Of a stretch of DNA of 64,000 bases, positions 61,738 to 64,000 are shown in pieces (position 1 is the stretch's first letter; each line of letters starts with the position of its first letter). Where the stretch lies: assembly GCA_963726245.1 (NCBI GenBank), contig CAVSBT010000044.1:28177-92176 (forward strand). Reading direction: 5' to 3'. Origin of the DNA: an uncultured Chloroflexia bacterium. GTDB taxonomy: Bacteria > Chloroflexota > Dehalococcoidia > DSTF01 > JALHUB01. The notes beneath the pieces are model-generated. The model saw nothing but the letters and a program-made list of their open reading frames with translations. It did not search any database and was not told where the DNA came from. Made by a program: the position numbers and the translations under genes.

Positions 61738-61938
61738 GCCCCCCTATACGCTGTAGCCTCAGCTTCTACATCCCCACCCAGCCCGAAAGTTGTCTTGGCC
61801 AGCGGACGCCCACCCCGTCGGCCTGCAGCGGCCGGTACCCGTCCTCTGCCCTGGCCGACGAAAACGCGCGTCTCAACTTGTGGGTTGATACCCCGCCAGC
61901 GCCGCCATATAATGCCGCCATCCGCACCTGGGAGGGGA

Positions 61939-62589
61939 ATGATGTCCGCAGCCGCCCACCTCTGCGTCCGGTGCAAGCGACCGCTCGGTGAAGGCCTGTT
62001 CTGCCAGTACGACGGCACCTACGTCCTCGACTCCGAAGGCACCGTCGTCATGGCCAGCCGCGGCGAACGCCTCCTTGCCTGGCTGGTCAGCGGCCTTATC
62101 CTCATATTCACGCTTTTCATCGGCTGGCTCATCTGGTGGTTCATCGTCGCCCCCCGCGGCCAGAACCCCGGCAAGGCCGTCGTCGGCATCCGTGTCATCC
62201 GTACGAACGGCGACGCCGTGCGCACCGGCGGCATGTTCGTCCGGGGGCTTGCCGGCATCCTCGCCGGCCTCATCCCCCTCTACCTGGACGACCTCTGGAT
62301 ACTCTGGGACCGCGACGCCCAGACGCTCCACGATAAGCTCGTGAACACCGTCGTTGTCAGGGCCAAAGGCTCGGAGAAGATCGTTGAGACCGGCGGCCTC
62401 GGCCAGTTGCCTGCCGGCGTGACGCCGCCGCCCGCCTTCGCGCCGCCCATCAGCTTCTCATCGTCGCCCTCACGGGCCGGAGAGGCGCCCGATCAGGCGC
62501 TAGCCCGCCTCGCTGACCTCCGGCAGAAGGACCTGATCTCGGAGGAGGAGTACCAGGAGAAGCGCCGCGCGATCATCGACAAGCTGTAG
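61939..62589 (+). CDS. RDD family membrane protein with N-terminal Cys motif and C-terminal SHOCT domain
   Basis: AS.G.RL.A, GQNPGK..GIRV, QTLHDK..T.VV and L..L....LISEEEY..K motifs. Confidence 0.88.
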   Translation: MMSAAAHLCVRCKRPLGEGLFCQYDGTYVLDSEGTVVMASRGERLLAWLVSGLILIFTLFIGWLIWWFIVAPRGQNPGKAVVGIRVIRTNGDAVRTGGMFVRGLAGILAGLIPLYLDDLWILWDRDAQTLHDKLVNTVVVRAKGSEKIVETGGLGQLPAGVTPPPAFAPPISFSSSPSRAGEAPDQALARLADLRQKDLISEEEYQEKRRAIIDKL

Positions 62590-62739
62590 GGGAGCGTCGG
62601 GAACTCTCTGTCGGCGATACTCCGATCCTGCCGCAACCGCGCTTCAACAACACCCAGCAACGAGACTGATACCGATGTGCGGGCGCGCTACGCGTGTCTG
62701 GACTAGGGCCGGCCGGCCCAGCTCGAAGGGAGCGACCCG

Positions 62740-63942
62740 ATGAAGCAGAAAGATCGCTCTGGGTCTCGTGTCACTGGCGGCGGCTGCTGTGACTCTGCTG
62801 GCGGGCAGCGCCGCATCAGTCTCGGCCCAGCCGGTGGCTACCATCGCCCTGCCGGACCCTGGCGAGCCCAAGGCACTCTATGCGGGCTGTAATCTCCTCT
62901 CCCTAACATTCCCCGATGGGACGACGAGCGAACAGGTTATCGATGTTGTCACGCCTCCAGAAGCGGTCGAGACGCTGTGGCGCCAGACGGCCACTCTGGA
63001 CCGCTTCGAGGGCTTCTCGCCCGCGTTCCGGCAAGCGAGCGATCTGCTGACCGTAGACTTCCTGGACCCGGTGTGGATATGCATACCCAAGACCCTCGGG
63101 CCCATGCCCACGCCTGCCGTCACGCCCACACCTGCGCCGGCAGCCTCGCCGTCCGCGGGTACGCCCACACCTGCGCCGGCAGGCCCGCCGTCCGCGGGTA
63201 CGCCCACGCCGACGCCGGCAGGCACGCCGTCCGCGGGTACGCCGACCGCCGAACTGGTGCTATCCTGGATCGAACTGCAGCGGCCGCAGGGGATCGTCTG
63301 GATCTGGCTTACGAACTACGGGCCGGACAGCCTGGTCAACGTGACCATGGAACTCCAGTGTTCAACGACGATGGCCACTCCCTATGACGGCAACCTAGTC
63401 GCCGGGGGCGGGTTTCAAGCGCCGATCAGCCTCACCCTTGCCAGCGGCAAGGCCGCGAGCTCCAGACCGCCTTGACTATCGATGTCAGCAAAGCCGAGTA
63501 TATTGTCGTTTGCCAGTTCACCAACGAGAGCTTCACAGACCCCGACCCGAGCACCAACAAGCGCAGCCGGATCCTCACGGCGCAGGCCGACCTCGCCGTT
63601 ACCGACATCTTCCCGCAGAGTCTGCCGACCGGGGAAGTGTACACCAGGATCACGAACAACGGTCCGGACAGCCTGGTGAATGCCCCACTGCATTTCTCAT
63701 GCTCGTACACGGCGACAAACACCATGGGTCAGACCTCGACGAAGGTTAACCCACTTAACACCACCACGGTCAGCCTAAAGCCAGGAGAGACCAAAGAGTT
63801 TGACGCACAGATCTGGGTGGATACCCTTTGCGCGATGTACGAGGTGAAGTGCGAGGTCGAGGTGTACTACGATTCCAAACCGGACGACGACACCTACGAG
63901 GAGACGATACCGATGTGGGGCGGCTACGGGTGTCTGTACTAG
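62740..63942 (+). CDS. Secreted protein with PT-rich linker and two CARDB/DUF11-like Ig repeats (frameshifts near 62750 and 63460)
   Basis: Removing one A restores the signal peptide MKQKIALGLVSLAAA. TN(Y/N)GPDSLVN occurs twice. Confidence 0.65.
63104..63250 (+). repeat. ~33-bp Pro/Thr-coding tandem repeats
   Basis: acgcccacacctgcgccggcag..gccgtccgcgggt repeated about three times. Confidence 0.75.
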
Positions 63943-63976
63943 GGCCTGCCGGCCCTAGCTCGAAAGGAGGGACCCG

Positions 63977-64000
63977 ATGAAGAGAAAGCTCACTCTGGGT
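63977..64000 (+). CDS. Start of the next paralogous secreted protein (partial)
   Basis: AAAGGAGG RBS, MKRKLTLG, and a leader nearly identical to that of 62740. Confidence 0.6.

Noticed and set aside
61695-61800. Group I intron in tRNA-Arg(CCT)
   Set aside because: The break lies after the anticodon stem rather than in the loop, and no intron core or 3' exon is visible.

Overview
High-GC bacterial chromosome window. Gene content and style suggest Chloroflexota/Dehalococcoidia (inference). In order it holds: a partial NUDIX gene and hemB; a Zn-dependent dehydrogenase; two near-identical promoter-plus-fluoride-riboswitch cassettes, which drive a J-domain gene and an operon of a prenyltransferase-repeat protein plus a catalytically eroded inorganic-pyrophosphatase/PH-like fusion (no fluoride exporter is in view); a feoB-Cys-rich-feoA operon; a three-gene HicA/HicB-like module; an acyl-CoA cluster (CaiB, methylmalonyl-CoA mutase N-subunit, divergent SucCD, ferredoxin); a ~28 kb mosaic surface-polysaccharide locus (Wzm/Wzt, Wzx/Wzy, tyrosine kinase, DSP phosphatase, class F sortase with an LPxTG protein, DUF4012, gmhB, gmd/fcl, GT4s, methyltransferases, radical SAM); an orphan strong promoter feeding a structured GGA-rich putative sRNA; a nuclease-like::HPRT fusion; a TasA/SipW locus; tRNA-Ala(CGC) followed by an orphan 5' half of tRNA-Arg(CCT); and the start of a tandem array of secreted-protein paralogs. 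About 14 apparent small frameshifts, mostly single-base insertions, look like sequencing errors and create two false gene fusions in the ORF track. All family assignments are by eye; no searches were run.
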